A DNA stretch of 64,000 nt from Coriobacteriia bacterium. GTDB lineage: Bacteria > Actinomycetota > Coriobacteriia > Anaerosomatales > PALSA-660. The notes beneath the pieces are model-generated. The model made no database searches, was not told the DNA's origin, and saw only the letters and a program-made list of their open reading frames with translations. The translations under genes were made by a program, and so were the position numbers. Shown piece after piece: positions 36,410 to 48,392 of the stretch (position 1 is its first letter; each line of letters starts with the position of its first letter). The stretch covers positions 26,573 to 90,572 of the forward strand of contig DATCIG010000013.1 of NCBI GenBank assembly GCA_036507895.1, read 5' to 3'.

Positions 36410-37179
36410 GATGCGGCGCGCACGATGTCTGCGAACGCCGCGGCCTTGAGTGCCGCCCCGCCGACGAGTGCGCCGTCGATGTCGGGCTCGGAGAAGAACA
36501 TCGCCGCGTTCTCGGGCTTCACCGAACCGCCGTACAGCACGCGTGCCGACATCGCGGCCTCGGGCCCGTACATGGCGCCGATCGTCGCGCGGATGGCACG
36601 TGCCACGTCGTTCGCCTTCTCGGGGGTCGGCGTGTGGCCGGTCCCGATCGCCCAGATCGGCTCGTAGGCCACGATGATCCCGGATACCTGCTCCGGGCCA
36701 AGACCCTTGAGACCGGTCGTGACCTGGCCGCGAACGAACGACGCGGTCTCGCCCGCCTCGTAGACGGCGAGCGACTCTCCGCAACACACGATCGGCGTGA
36801 TTCCGTGACGATGCAGCGCGTGCATCTTGCGGTTCACGGTCTCGTCGGTCTCACCGAAGAACTCGCGCCGCTCCGAGTGGCCCACGATGCAGTATCCGCA
36901 GCGCAGCTCGACGAGCATGCGCGGAGAGATGGCCCCGGTGAAGGCGCCCTCTTCCTCCCAGAACACGTCCTGGGCCCCGAGCCCGATCGGAAGCCGATCG
37001 AGTTCGATGATCGTGGATGCGGCCTTGAGTCCGGTGAACGGCGGGCACACGACCACGTCGACACGATCGGCCAGGTCGGTCAGCAGATCCTGCACGCGGT
37101 CGATGAGCACGGCGCCCTCACCGGACGTGGTGTACATCTTCCAGTTGCCGGCGACCATCGGCGTACGTTCGCTGCGCAT
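36406..37179 (-). CDS. tpiA: Triose-phosphate isomerase
   Basis: MVAGNWKM, IVGHSERR and AYEPIWAIGTG. ATG at 37179 with an AAAGGAG SD. Confidence 0.95.
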   Translation of the reverse strand: MRSERTPMVAGNWKMYTTSGEGAVLIDRVQDLLTDLADRVDVVVCPPFTGLKAASTIIELDRLPIGLGAQDVFWEEEGAFTGAISPRMLVELRCGYCIVGHSERREFFGETDETVNRKMHALHRHGITPIVCCGESLAVYEAGETASFVRGQVTTGLKGLGPEQVSGIIVAYEPIWAIGTGHTPTPEKANDVARAIRATIGAMYGPEAAMSARVLYGGSVKPENAAMFFSEPDIDGALVGGAALKAAAFADIVRAAS

Positions 37180-37201
37180 GGCGGCTCCTTTAAGGTTCGG
37201 G

Positions 37202-38389
37202 TCAGGCGTCGAGCAGGGCGGCAAGACCCGGAAGGACCGAGCCCTCGAGCAGCTTCATGGACGCGCCGCCGCCGGTGGAGACGAACGTCACGCGATCCTC
37301 GACATCGAACTTCTTGAGGGCCGCGACCGAATCCCCGCCTCCGACCACCGAGACCGCGCGGTTGTTGCGGCTGACCGCGAGGGCGACCTGCTTCGTTCCG
37401 TTCTCGAAGGGCGCCAACTCGAAGACGCCCATCGGGCCGTTCCAGAAGATGGTGCGGGCCTGTGCGATCTCGCCCTTGAAGAGTTCAACGGTCGTCGGCC
37501 CGATGTCGAGCCCCATCTGCCCCGCGGGAATCTCTTCCCGGGCCACGATACGGGTGTCCACGTCGGGCTCGATCGCCTCGGCGATGACGAAGTCCACCGG
37601 CAGCACGATCTCGACACCCTTATCGAGCGCTTTCGCGAGCATCGCCTTGGCCGGCTCGATCCACTCGGATTCCACCAGCGAGTCCCCTACCGAGACGCCT
37701 TTGGCGACCAGGAGCGTGAAACACATCCCGCCGCCGATGATCAGCGTGTCGACACAGTCGAGCAACCGGTCGATGACCCCGAACTTGTCGGATACCTTCG
37801 AGCCTCCGAGGATCGCCACGAACGGGCGCTCAGGGTCCGCGAGCATGGAAGTGAGCGTCTCCACCTCGCGGGCGAGCAGCAGCCCGGCGTAGGCCGGAAG
37901 CAGATGCGCCACGCCCTCTGTCGAGGCGTGCGCACGATGCGCAGCGCCGAACGCGTCGTTGACATATATGTCGGCGAGCGACGCCAGCGCCTTGGCGAAT
38001 GCGGGATCGTTGGTCTTCTCGCCGGGATCGAACCGGACGTTCTCGAGCATGATGATCTCGCCGTCCACCATGCGGTCGACGGCATCGTGCGCCTCGGGGC
38101 CGACGACGTCGTCGACGAACACGACGTTGCGCCCGAGAAGACGCTGCAGCACGCGCCGCACCGGGCGCAGGGAGTACTGCGCCTCGGGGGCGCCGCTGGG
38201 ACGACCGAGATGGCTCATCACGATCACGCGTGCGCCGTGATCCACGAGATAGCGCAGCGTCGGCAGCGCGGCGCGAACGCGCGTGTCGTCGGTGACCGTC
38301 CCGTCAGCCAACGGAACGTTGAAGTCCACACGGACCAGCACGCGCTTGCCGCGGACCTCGACGTCCTTGACGGTCTTCTTGTCGAACAT
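37202..38389 (-). CDS. pgk: Phosphoglycerate kinase
   Basis: KRVLVRVDFNVPL, SHLGRP and ILGGSKVSDK. ATG at 38389. Confidence 0.95.
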   Translation of the reverse strand: MFDKKTVKDVEVRGKRVLVRVDFNVPLADGTVTDDTRVRAALPTLRYLVDHGARVIVMSHLGRPSGAPEAQYSLRPVRRVLQRLLGRNVVFVDDVVGPEAHDAVDRMVDGEIIMLENVRFDPGEKTNDPAFAKALASLADIYVNDAFGAAHRAHASTEGVAHLLPAYAGLLLAREVETLTSMLADPERPFVAILGGSKVSDKFGVIDRLLDCVDTLIIGGGMCFTLLVAKGVSVGDSLVESEWIEPAKAMLAKALDKGVEIVLPVDFVIAEAIEPDVDTRIVAREEIPAGQMGLDIGPTTVELFKGEIAQARTIFWNGPMGVFELAPFENGTKQVALAVSRNNRAVSVVGGGDSVAALKKFDVEDRVTFVSTGGGASMKLLEGSVLPGLAALLDA

Positions 38390-38400
38390 CCCGCCCCCGC

Positions 38401-39537
<1,137 letters not shown>

Positions 39538-40524
39538 TTATCGTTCCCTGCCCCCGCCGTTCCCGTCAAGCGATGCGCCCTCGAATGCCGCGCGGGTCCG
39601 CAGATCGGCGGCCATCGCCTCGATGCGCCGGATGCGGTGATAGACCGCGGACTTGGACAGCGGCGGCGTCGCGTACTCGCCGAGCTCGCGTATCGACACG
39701 TCGGAGTGGTCGAGCCGCAGCTGTGCGAGCTCCTGCAGCGCAGGCGGCAACCAGTCGAGCCCATGCACGTCCGCCAGATACCTGATGTCCTCGACCTGCG
39801 CGATCGCGGCATCCGCAGACTTCTGGACGTTCGCGGTCTCGGCGTTGACCAGGCGGTTGACGTCGTTGCGCATCGACTTGAGGATGCGGACGTCCTCGGT
39901 GCGCAGGAGTGCCCGATGCGCCCCCACGAGCGCCAGGAACGTGACGATCGGATCGGCGCCCTTGAGGTAGACGGCGTACAGCCCCCGCCTCCTCGTGACG
40001 CGGGCCTCGACACCGAAACGCGCCATCAGCGCCACCAGGTCGCGTGCGTGCTGCTCGGTCTCCGCGGTGAGTTCGAAGTGGAAATCGCCGTGCGGGTCGG
40101 CGACGAAACCACCGCCGAGGAAGGCCCCACGCAGGTACGACACAGCGCAGCAGTCCCGGCGCACGAGCCGCGCGGGAACGCCGGGCGTCAGCCCTCTGGA
40201 TTCATCGAGGATGCCGAGATCGGCCAGCGCGGGAGCCAGAGCCGGCTGGCTCGGCACGGTGATGAGGTAGTTGTTCGTCTTGTGGAGCACGCTCCGGCGC
40301 ACCGTGAGCTCCGTCTTGAGCCCGTAGAGGCTGTGGAGGAGCTTGATCACCTTGCGGGCGACGGGAGCCGTCTCCGTGGCTATCTCGACGCGGAACCGCT
40401 CGTTGCCGGAGATGTGGAGCGTCCCCTCCACGCGAAGGAGCGCCGAGAGCTCGGCACGCGGACAACAGGTCCGCGTGGGCATGACCCGCGAGAGCTCCTC
40501 CTTGACCTCCGCCGTGAAGCTCAC
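39538..40524 (-). CDS. whiA: DNA-binding developmental regulator WhiA
   Basis: SFTAEVKEELSR....CC..AELSALLR, LAGLIDADG-like regions and a C-terminal HTH (IRELGEYATPPLSKSAVYHRIRRI). The GTG at 40524 overlaps the yvcK stop (GTGA). Confidence 0.9.
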   Translation of the reverse strand: MSFTAEVKEELSRVMPTRTCCPRAELSALLRVEGTLHISGNERFRVEIATETAPVARKVIKLLHSLYGLKTELTVRRSVLHKTNNYLITVPSQPALAPALADLGILDESRGLTPGVPARLVRRDCCAVSYLRGAFLGGGFVADPHGDFHFELTAETEQHARDLVALMARFGVEARVTRRRGLYAVYLKGADPIVTFLALVGAHRALLRTEDVRILKSMRNDVNRLVNAETANVQKSADAAIAQVEDIRYLADVHGLDWLPPALQELAQLRLDHSDVSIRELGEYATPPLSKSAVYHRIRRIEAMAADLRTRAAFEGASLDGNGGGRER

Positions 40525-41468
40525 AGCGCCACCTCTCGGAGCGCGAGCAGGAGCTTGCGGCTGTCGTGGTGTCGCGGATCGCCCGGATCCGCGAGATCCC
40601 GCACCACGCACTCGACCCCATGGGTTGCGATGCGCGCGATCGCAGAGGGGCCGGCACCGACCGGATCGGTCCCCACGGGAAGCGGGAAATTCTCACTATC
40701 GTGGAGCAGGGCGAAGTCCAACACATCGGACAGGCCGTGCCGCACCAAAGCATCGACGTGGTCTGCGGCGTCCATGCCGATCGTCTCGCCGCGCTGATTG
40801 GCGACGTTGCACACGTACACCACTCGTCCTCGCGTCGCTGCGAGCGCGTCCGTGATCCCGGTGAAAAGGAAGTTCGGGAGTATTGAAGTGAACAGCGACC
40901 CCGGAGCGATCACGACGAGATCGGCCTCGGAGATCGCTTCGATCGCGGGCGGATAGGCCCGGGCGACCGATCCCGAGGCGTATCGCACGCAGGCTATGGG
41001 GGCCGCACTGCGGGCGACCCTGGCCTGCCCGGTGACCTGCGCGCCCTCGACATCCTCCGCGGTCAGCACCACGTCATCCAGCGTGGACGGCACGACCCGC
41101 CCACGCGTACCCAGCATCCGGCCGGCGGCGTCGAGCGCCGCAGGGAACGAACCTTCCATGTCCGCGAGGGCCGCGATCATCAGGTTGCCCAGTGCGTGTC
41201 CGGCCAGCCCCTCCCCCCGTGCGAAGCGGTAGGAGAAGACCTGCGCCAGCGGAGATCCGGGATCGTCGGCCATCGCGACCAGACAGTTCCGGGCGTCGCC
41301 CGGAGGAAGGACCCCGAGTTCCCGGCGAAGATGGCCACTCGAGCCTCCATCGTCGGCCATCGTGACGACCGCGGTCGTCTCGTAGCCGGAATCGAGAAGG
41401 CAGCGCAGGACCTTGGGAAGGCCGGTCCCGCCGCCGATGGCGACGGCCCGAAGTTCGCGGTTGCTCAT
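40521..41468 (-). CDS. yvcK: YvcK/CuvA-family gluconeogenesis factor (CofD-like fold)
   Basis: AIGGGTGLPKVLRCL...VVTMADDGGSSG.LR. Conserved rapZ-yvcK-whiA order. Confidence 0.9.
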   Translation of the reverse strand: MSNRELRAVAIGGGTGLPKVLRCLLDSGYETTAVVTMADDGGSSGHLRRELGVLPPGDARNCLVAMADDPGSPLAQVFSYRFARGEGLAGHALGNLMIAALADMEGSFPAALDAAGRMLGTRGRVVPSTLDDVVLTAEDVEGAQVTGQARVARSAAPIACVRYASGSVARAYPPAIEAISEADLVVIAPGSLFTSILPNFLFTGITDALAATRGRVVYVCNVANQRGETIGMDAADHVDALVRHGLSDVLDFALLHDSENFPLPVGTDPVGAGPSAIARIATHGVECVVRDLADPGDPRHHDSRKLLLALREVAL

Positions 41469-42382
41469 GCGCGGTCCATATCCTTGCGCACGTCACGATG
41501 ACGCACGGAGATGTCGTACCCGAGCATGCGGAGATACTGGGCCGTCTGCTCGGCCAGGACGACGCTCCGGTGCATCCCGCCGGTGCATCCCAGCGCGATG
41601 GACAGATGGTGCTTGCCTTCGATCAGGTAGCTCGGGAGCAGCTCGCGCAGCAGGGGCAGCCAACCCTCGAGGAACCGCTTCGTCTCTTCGCGCTCGAGGA
41701 CGAAGGCCCGCACGGCTGCGTCCAGGCCCGTCTTGTGACGCAACTTGGCCACGTAGAAGGGGTTCGGCAGGAAGCGGACGTCCATCACGATGTCCGCGTC
41801 GATCGGCAGCCCGTATTTGAAGCCGAACGAACTGACGGTGACCGAGAGCGAGTCCATGAGACTGTCGGACAGGAAGCGGCGCCGGATCGCCTCACGGAGC
41901 TGCGGCGGCAGGAGGTCACTCGTATCGACGATGAGGTCCGCTCGCTTGCGTACCGCGACGAGCCCTTTCTGCTCGGCCGTGATCCCCTCGACGACGGATC
42001 CGCTCTCGCACAACGGGTGGCGGCGGCGCGTCGTCTTGAAGCGGTTCACGAGTACCTTCACCGCGGCCTCGAGGTACAGGATCCGGTACGGCTGCCCGCT
42101 CGCCTCGATCTTGTCCAACTCGTCGAGAAGCGTTCCGAAGAACTCCATCGAGCGCATGTCGCACACGACCGCGACCCGCTGGATCCGGCTGCCCGGCAGA
42201 GCGGTGAGCTGCACGAGCTGCGACAGCAGCGCCGGCGGGAGGTTGTCGATGCAGAAATAGCCGAGGTCCTCGAAGGTATGTATCGCCTCTGAGCGGCCGG
42301 CGCCGGACAAACCGGTGATGATCACCAGCTCGGCGGGAGCGCCTCCGACCTCGGGCTCACATGCCTCGATCTGTTCGTCCAT
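41465..42382 (-). CDS. rapZ: RNase adapter / nucleotide-binding protein RapZ (YvcJ)
   Basis: Walker A ITGLSGAGRSEA, FCIDNLP and C-terminal GCTGGMHRSV. Confidence 0.9.
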   Translation of the reverse strand: MDEQIEACEPEVGGAPAELVIITGLSGAGRSEAIHTFEDLGYFCIDNLPPALLSQLVQLTALPGSRIQRVAVVCDMRSMEFFGTLLDELDKIEASGQPYRILYLEAAVKVLVNRFKTTRRRHPLCESGSVVEGITAEQKGLVAVRKRADLIVDTSDLLPPQLREAIRRRFLSDSLMDSLSVTVSSFGFKYGLPIDADIVMDVRFLPNPFYVAKLRHKTGLDAAVRAFVLEREETKRFLEGWLPLLRELLPSYLIEGKHHLSIALGCTGGMHRSVVLAEQTAQYLRMLGYDISVRHRDVRKDMDRA

Positions 42383-42394
42383 CTACCGGACCCT

Positions 42395-42772
42395 CTACCG
42401 ATCGCTCTGGGTCAGCGAACCTGCGACGCCACTGAACAGCGCCACGATGATCGCCGCCAGGGCGGTGTACAGGAAGCCGGCGTCGGCCCTGATCGGGGTG
42501 AAGGCCGCAGCGAGGTAGAACATCGCGAGGTTCACCAGCAGCGAGAAGAGGCCGAGCGTGAGGATCGAGATCGGCAGGGTGAGCAGTTTGACGACCGGCT
42601 TGATGACCGCGTTCACGATGCCCAGCACCAGCGCGAACACGCATGCGATGCCGAACGCCGACCAGGAGAAGACCTGCCCCGGCCCGACACCCTGGATCGT
42701 GATCAATCCCAGGTAGGCCACGACCAGCACGCCGACCGCCGTGATCGCCATGCGCATGAGGAATCGGACCAT
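42395..42772 (-). CDS. Small 4-TM membrane protein, YvlD / Phage_holin_4_2-like
   Basis: MVRFLMRMAITAVGVLVVAYL...LGIVNAVIKPVVKLLTLPISILTLGLFSLLVNLAMFYL. Internal ATG at 42772. Confidence 0.55.
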   Translation of the reverse strand: MVRFLMRMAITAVGVLVVAYLGLITIQGVGPGQVFSWSAFGIACVFALVLGIVNAVIKPVVKLLTLPISILTLGLFSLLVNLAMFYLAAAFTPIRADAGFLYTALAAIIVALFSGVAGSLTQSDR

Positions 42773-42917
42773 GTTCGACCACCCCCATCCCGCATCGGAC
42801 CCCGGCATCGTTCGCCGCTCGTCCATGAGTATACCAACGGGCGGCCACACGCGGCCGGGCGTTTCCATACCCGGGCGACCGCCCGACCGATGGGGCGCCC
42901 CCGTAGCCGTGGTGCCC

Positions 42918-44810
42918 CTACGCGTCGGCATCCTCCGGGCCGCTCGGATCCCACGTTCGCAGGAAATCGAGCACGTCGGTCGCGAGCGGGGCCGGTATCC
43001 CCTTCACCTGCGCGATCTGCTCCACAGACGCGGCTCGCAGCCGCTTGACGGAGCCGAACGCCTTGATCAGCGCCGTCTTGCGCGTGGGTCCCACGCCGGG
43101 TATCTCGTCGAGGATCGACGCGGTCATGGCCTTGCCCCGCAGCTCTCGGTGATACGTGATGGCGAAGCGGTGCGCCTCGTCGCGAAGACGTTTCACCAGG
43201 TAGAGCGATGGCGAACCGCCCGGGAGCACCACGGGCGCGTCCCATTCGGGGACGAAGAGCTCCTCCTCGCGCTTGGCGAGCGCCACGACCGGCACGCCGG
43301 TCACACCGATGTCCGCGAGCGCGGCGATCGCGGCGGACAGTTGTGGCTTCCCGCCGTCGACCACGATCAGATCGGGCTTGCGCGCGAACCGCGTACCCTC
43401 CTTCGCCTCCCGGAGGAACCGGCGCTGCAGCACCTCGCGCATCATCGCCACGTCGTTGGACTCGGGCGTCTCCGAACGGATCTTGAAACGCCGGTACGCT
43501 GAGGGGTCAGCCCTGCCCGCCTCGAACACGACCATGGAACCGACGGAGAAGCGTCCGTGCAGTGTCGAGATGTCGTAGCACTCCATGCGCAGGGGCGGTG
43601 CGGACAGGCCCAGAGCGCTCTCGAGTTCGAGCAGCGCGCGGTTGACCCGGTCCTCGTCGTAGCGGGTCCGGAACCTGTAGCGCGCCAGCGCGTGCCGCGC
43701 GTTGACCGTCGCCATGTTGAGCAGACGCCGACGCTCACCGCGCTCGGGATGCTCGATCGTGACCTTGCGGCCGCGGCGCGCCGCCAGCCACTCCTCGAGC
43801 GGATCCGGGTCGGCCGGGAGCGTCGTGACGAGCACCTGGCGCGGAACGTGGGACGCGTCAGCGTAGTAGCGCAGCAGGAACGCTTCGATGAGCTCGGCAT
43901 CGGTCACGTCGAGCCCTTGGTCGAGGATGAACTCGCTCGCCCCTTGGACGCGGCCCTCGCGGACGTGCACCACGTGGGCGCCGGCGATCGTCTCCTCACG
44001 GAACACTCCGATCGCATCGGCATCGAGCCCGCTCGCGTTCACGATGGTCTGGCGTTCGAGGATGGAGCGAACGGCGTCGAGGCGGTTGCGGTAGCGCGCC
44101 GCCCCCTCGAAGTCGAGTTCGGCCGCTGCCTCCCGCATCTGCCGTTCGAGGTCGCGCGCGACCGAGGACTGCTTCCCGTCGAGGAACGCCTCGACCTTCT
44201 CCACCGTCTCGGCGTACGCCTCGGGCGTGATCGCGCCCACGCATGGTCCCGGGCCCCTGCCGATGTGATAGTCGAAGCACGGCTTGCCGGTGGGTTCGCC
44301 GCCCTTGGCGGTGACGCGCTTCCACTCGATGCAGTCGGTGCGGCAGATCGGATAGACGCGCCGCACGATCTCGATCGTGGCGCGCGCGGCCTTCGAATCG
44401 GTGTAGGGCCCGAAGTAGGTCGTGCCCGGGCGGTGCTTCTCCCGCGTGTACTTGATGCCGGGGAACGCGTCGCCCGTGGTCAGCGCTATGTACGGGTACG
44501 TCTTATCGTCGCGGTAGTCGACGTTGTAGCGCGGATGGTGCTCCTTGATGAGGTTGTTCTCGAGGATGAGGGACTCGACCTCGTTGGCCGTCACCACATA
44601 GTCGAACGAGGCGACGCGGGACATCATCTCGGGGACCATCGCGCGGTCGTCATGCCCCTGCGCGTACTGTTTCATGCGCTTGCGCAGCGCCTTCGCCTTG
44701 CCCACGTACAGCACGACGCCCTTGGCGTCCTTCCACAGATAGACACCCGGGGAGTCGGGTACCTCTGCGATCTGCGCGCGTATGTCTGCACTGCCGTATC
44801 GGCGGGTCAC
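42918..44810 (-). CDS. uvrC: Excinuclease ABC subunit C
   Basis: GIY-YIG N-terminus (PGVYLWKDAKGVVLYVGKAKALRKR), the UvrC central region and a C-terminal (HhH)2. Confidence 0.95.
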   Translation of the reverse strand: MTRRYGSADIRAQIAEVPDSPGVYLWKDAKGVVLYVGKAKALRKRMKQYAQGHDDRAMVPEMMSRVASFDYVVTANEVESLILENNLIKEHHPRYNVDYRDDKTYPYIALTTGDAFPGIKYTREKHRPGTTYFGPYTDSKAARATIEIVRRVYPICRTDCIEWKRVTAKGGEPTGKPCFDYHIGRGPGPCVGAITPEAYAETVEKVEAFLDGKQSSVARDLERQMREAAAELDFEGAARYRNRLDAVRSILERQTIVNASGLDADAIGVFREETIAGAHVVHVREGRVQGASEFILDQGLDVTDAELIEAFLLRYYADASHVPRQVLVTTLPADPDPLEEWLAARRGRKVTIEHPERGERRRLLNMATVNARHALARYRFRTRYDEDRVNRALLELESALGLSAPPLRMECYDISTLHGRFSVGSMVVFEAGRADPSAYRRFKIRSETPESNDVAMMREVLQRRFLREAKEGTRFARKPDLIVVDGGKPQLSAAIAALADIGVTGVPVVALAKREEELFVPEWDAPVVLPGGSPSLYLVKRLRDEAHRFAITYHRELRGKAMTASILDEIPGVGPTRKTALIKAFGSVKRLRAASVEQIAQVKGIPAPLATDVLDFLRTWDPSGPEDADA

Positions 44811-44819
44811 GGGGTTCGC

Positions 44820-45086
44820 CTAGCCCTTCCGGCGGTAGACATCGCGACGATGGCCGACCTTCACCACGACGACGGTCACGATCGCGTCATCGATCGTGTA
44901 GACGACGCGATACGAGCCGACGCGGATCCGGTAGCGATCGAGCGCGGACAGCTTCTCGCAGCCATGCGGACGCGGGTCGTTGCGCAGTGAACCGATGGCG
45001 GCCATCACGCGCCCCGCATCCTGCTGTTCGAGATGCTCGATCTCACGGCGCGCGGACGCCACGAGCATCACGCTATAACTTCCCAT
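44820..45086 (-). CDS. Type II toxin, RelE/ParE family
   Basis: 88 aa with ...L..DPRPHGCEKL...DRYRIRVGSYRVVYTIDDAIVTVVVVKVGHRRDVY, the typical RelE/ParE C-terminal pattern. Overlaps the antitoxin gene by 14 nt. Confidence 0.8.
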   Translation of the reverse strand: MGSYSVMLVASARREIEHLEQQDAGRVMAAIGSLRNDPRPHGCEKLSALDRYRIRVGSYRVVYTIDDAIVTVVVVKVGHRRDVYRRKG

Positions 45087-45312
45087 TGGCCTGCAGGTAG
45101 CCGAGGAACTCCTCGTAAGCCATGACGGGCTCGCCCGAGCGCTCCTCGACCGCGCGCAGGTCCTCTTCGTCCTCCGCGAGCGCGGCGCGGACCGCGTCGT
45201 TGATGAGCTCCGATAGCGAACAGTCGGTCGCGGCGGCCTTGAGTCGCAGCGCCTGGTGCAGCTCGGCCTCGAGGTACACGGTGGAACGTCGTGCTTCGGT
45301 CATGGATGCCAC
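45073..45312 (-). CDS. Type II antitoxin, ribbon-helix-helix (CopG/ParD-like)
   Basis: RSTVYLEAELHQALRLKAAATDCSLSELINDAVRAAL is an RHH fold signature, with an acidic C-terminal tail. Confidence 0.75.
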   Translation of the reverse strand: MASMTEARRSTVYLEAELHQALRLKAAATDCSLSELINDAVRAALAEDEEDLRAVEERSGEPVMAYEEFLGYLQANGKL

Positions 45313-45357
45313 CTCCGAAGTCGGACGCTACGCCGATGCCGCTTTAGCGTCAAGACG

Positions 45358-48285
45358 TCATGACGCTTTCGTGGGCGCATCAACGGCGGGCGCAGCGGGT
45401 GCGCCGGACGAGACCTTCTTCTTCGGCGCCTTCTTCCCGCCCGTCTCCGGGGCAACGGTCGCTCCCCTGCCCTCGAGCACGGGCTTCAGGAACCGTCCTG
45501 TGTGTGAGGTCGGATGTGCGGCGACTTCCTCGGGTGTGCCGACCACCACGATCTCACCGCCGCGGTCGCCTCCCTCGGGCCCGAGGTCGATGATGCGGTC
45601 GGCGCACTTGATGACGTCGAGGTTGTGCTCGATGACGAGCACGGTGTTGCCCGCGTCGACGAGCCGGTGCAGCACGACGAGCAGCTGGCGCACGTCGTCG
45701 AAGTGCAGACCGGTGGTCGGCTCGTCGAGGATGTAGAAGGTCTTGCCGGTGCTCCTGCGCTGGAGCTCGCTGGACAGCTTCACGCGCTGCGCCTCGCCGC
45801 CGGAGAGCGTCGTCGCGGGCTGGCCGAGCTTGATGTAACCGAGGCCGACGTCGTAGAGGGTCTCGAGCTTGCGCTTGATCTTCGGGATGTTCTCGAAGAA
45901 GTGCACGGCTTCCTCCACCGACATCTCCAGGAGGTCCGAGACCGTCTTGCCCTTGTAGGTGACCTGGAGCGTCTCGCGGTTGTAACGCGTGCCCTTGCAG
46001 ACCTCGCACGGCACGTAGACGTCCGGCAGGAAGTGCATCTCTATCTTGATCTGACCGTCGCCCTTGCACGCCTCGCAGCGGCCGCCGGCCACGTTGAACG
46101 AGAAGCGCCCCGGCGAGTATCCGCGCGCCCTCGACTCCTGGGTGGAGGCGAACAGCGAGCGCACGTCGTCCCACACGCCGATGTAGGTGGCGGGGTTGCT
46201 TCGCGGCGTGCGGCCGATCGGCGACTGGTCGATGACGATGACCTTGTCGATCTCCTTGAGGCCCTCCATGTATTCGTAGCGGCCCGTTCTACGACGCGTG
46301 CGGGAGACCGCGTTGGTGAGCGCGGGCGCGAGCGTGTCGGCCACGAGCGACGACTTGCCCGATCCGGATACGCCGGTCACCACGACAAGCTGCCCGATCG
46401 GGATCTCGACGTCGATGCCTTTGAGGTTGTGCTCGGCTGCGCCGAAGATGCGGATCGCGCTGCCCCCGGCAGGGCGCCGGGTCTCCGGCACCGGGATCGA
46501 GCGCGCGCCCGACAGGTAGGCACCGGTAAGCGACTCGGGGCAGGCCAGCAGGTCCTTGGTCGTGCCGAGGCACACGATGTCGCCGCCATGCTCGCCGGCG
46601 CCCGGGCCCATGTCGACCACGAAGTCCGCGGCGCGGATCGTCTCCTCGTCGTGCTCCACGATGATCACGGTGTTGCCGAGGTCGCGCAGGCGCTCCATCG
46701 TCGCGATGAGCCGCGCGTTGTCGCGCTGGTGCAGCCCGATCGATGGCTCATCGAGGATGTAGAGAACACCCATCAGCCCGCTGCCGATCTGCGTGGCGAG
46801 CCGGATGCGCTGCGCTTCGCCGCCCGACAGGGTCGCGGTACCGCGCTCGAGCGTGAGGTAGTCGAGGCCGACGTCCACAAGGAACTTCAGCCGCTCGACG
46901 ATCTCCTTGATGACGCGCCGGCCGATCTGCTCCTCGCGGTCGTTGAGCTCGACGCCGTTGAAGAAGTCGAGCGAGTCCTTCGCCGACAGCATCGTGCATT
47001 CGGCGATGTTCTTGCCACCGAACGTGACGGCGAGGATCTCGGGCTTGAGGCGGGCTCCATGGCACGTGGCGCACGGGATGACCGCCATGTACTCCTCGAG
47101 CTTCTCCTTGCTGCCCTCGGACTCGGTCTCCTCATAGCGCCGGAACACGGCGTTGACGGCACCCTCCCACTTGGAGAACCAGTGGGTCTCACGGCCGTCA
47201 CGCGTGTGATAGTCGATGCGGATGCGCTCCTCGCCGAGCCCGTAGAGCAGCGCGTCCCGGACGTTCTTGGGCAGGTCGTTCCAGGACGTGTCGACGGAGA
47301 CGTCGAAGTGCTGCGCTACCGCGGCTATGAGCTGCGGGTAGTAGTTCATGCCGCCCGAGAACGGCTTGAGCGCACCCTCGAGCAGCGACATCGAGCCGTC
47401 GGGGACGATGAGGTCCGGGTCCGGCTCGAGGCGCGAGCCGAGGCCCATGCAGTCCGGGCAGGCGCCGTACGGACCGTTGAACGAGAAGTCGCGCGGCTGC
47501 GGCTCCTCCATGCTGACGCCGTGCACCGGACAGGCGTACGCCTGGGAGAACGAGATCTCGTCGGCGTCCTCGGGCGCGACCAACAGCGTGCCGCCCGCCA
47601 GGCGCAGCGCCATCTCGACCGAGTCGGCGAGACGCCCAACCAGTCCGTCCTTCATCACAAGGCGGTCGACCACGACCTCGATGTCATGCTTGTACTTCTT
47701 GTCGAGGGTTATCTCCTCGTCGAGACCCTTGACCTCACGGTCCACGCGAACGCGCGTGAAGCCCTCCTTCTTGAGGTCCTCGAGCAGCTTCCCGAACTCG
47801 CCCTTGCGCCCCTTCACGACGGGCGCGAGCACCTGGAACTTGGTGCCCTGCGGCAGCTCGAGGATGCGGTCGACGATCTGCTGCGGCGTCTGGCGCTCGA
47901 TGACGCGCCCGCACTTCGGGCAGTGAGGGATGCCGACACGCGCGTAGAGCAGGCGCAGGTAGTCATAGATCTCGGTGACCGTGCCCACCGTCGAGCGCGG
48001 GTTGCGGCTCGTGGTCTTCTGGTCGATCGAGACCGCGGGCGACAGCCCCTCGATGTGGTCCACATCGGGCTTCTGCATCTGCCCGAGGAACTGGCGCGCG
48101 TAGGCGGACAGCGACTCGACGTAGCGACGCTGGCCCTCCGCATAGATCGTGTCGAACGCGAGCGAAGACTTGCCGGAGCCGGACAGACCGGTGATCACGA
48201 CGAGCTTGTCACGCGGGATATCGAGGTCGAACCCGCGGAGGTTGTGCTCGCGGGCGCCACGGATCGAGATGAAATCGAGAGACAT
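45358..48285 (-). CDS. uvrA: Excinuclease ABC subunit A
   Basis: Two ABC modules ([25 protein letters not shown]), zinc modules ([22 protein letters not shown]) and a Lys/Pro/Ala-rich C-terminal tail. Start set to the ATG at 48285 ([16 protein letters not shown]). Confidence 0.95.
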   Translation of the reverse strand: MSLDFISIRGAREHNLRGFDLDIPRDKLVVITGLSGSGKSSLAFDTIYAEGQRRYVESLSAYARQFLGQMQKPDVDHIEGLSPAVSIDQKTTSRNPRSTVGTVTEIYDYLRLLYARVGIPHCPKCGRVIERQTPQQIVDRILELPQGTKFQVLAPVVKGRKGEFGKLLEDLKKEGFTRVRVDREVKGLDEEITLDKKYKHDIEVVVDRLVMKDGLVGRLADSVEMALRLAGGTLLVAPEDADEISFSQAYACPVHGVSMEEPQPRDFSFNGPYGACPDCMGLGSRLEPDPDLIVPDGSMSLLEGALKPFSGGMNYYPQLIAAVAQHFDVSVDTSWNDLPKNVRDALLYGLGEERIRIDYHTRDGRETHWFSKWEGAVNAVFRRYEETESEGSKEKLEEYMAVIPCATCHGARLKPEILAVTFGGKNIAECTMLSAKDSLDFFNGVELNDREEQIGRRVIKEIVERLKFLVDVGLDYLTLERGTATLSGGEAQRIRLATQIGSGLMGVLYILDEPSIGLHQRDNARLIATMERLRDLGNTVIIVEHDEETIRAADFVVDMGPGAGEHGGDIVCLGTTKDLLACPESLTGAYLSGARSIPVPETRRPAGGSAIRIFGAAEHNLKGIDVEIPIGQLVVVTGVSGSGKSSLVADTLAPALTNAVSRTRRRTGRYEYMEGLKEIDKVIVIDQSPIGRTPRSNPATYIGVWDDVRSLFASTQESRARGYSPGRFSFNVAGGRCEACKGDGQIKIEMHFLPDVYVPCEVCKGTRYNRETLQVTYKGKTVSDLLEMSVEEAVHFFENIPKIKRKLETLYDVGLGYIKLGQPATTLSGGEAQRVKLSSELQRRSTGKTFYILDEPTTGLHFDDVRQLLVVLHRLVDAGNTVLVIEHNLDVIKCADRIIDLGPEGGDRGGEIVVVGTPEEVAAHPTSHTGRFLKPVLEGRGATVAPETGGKKAPKKKVSSGAPAAPAVDAPTKAS

Positions 48286-48378
48286 CGCTTCGGTGCTCAC
48301 TTTCGCGGATAGCGGATCTTGCCATGCGCTCGGCGGAGTGATTTCCACCGAACCTCCATTCTACTACCGCATCATATA

Positions 48379-48392
48379 CGAACACGTGTTCG
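48379..48392. promoter_or_regulatory. LexA (SOS) box upstream of uvrA
   Basis: CGAACACGTGTTCG is a perfect CGAAC-N4-GTTCG palindrome, extended as ATACGAACACGTGTTCGTAT (48376-48395). It sits about 95 nt upstream of the uvrA start in an AT-richer gap. Confidence 0.75.
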
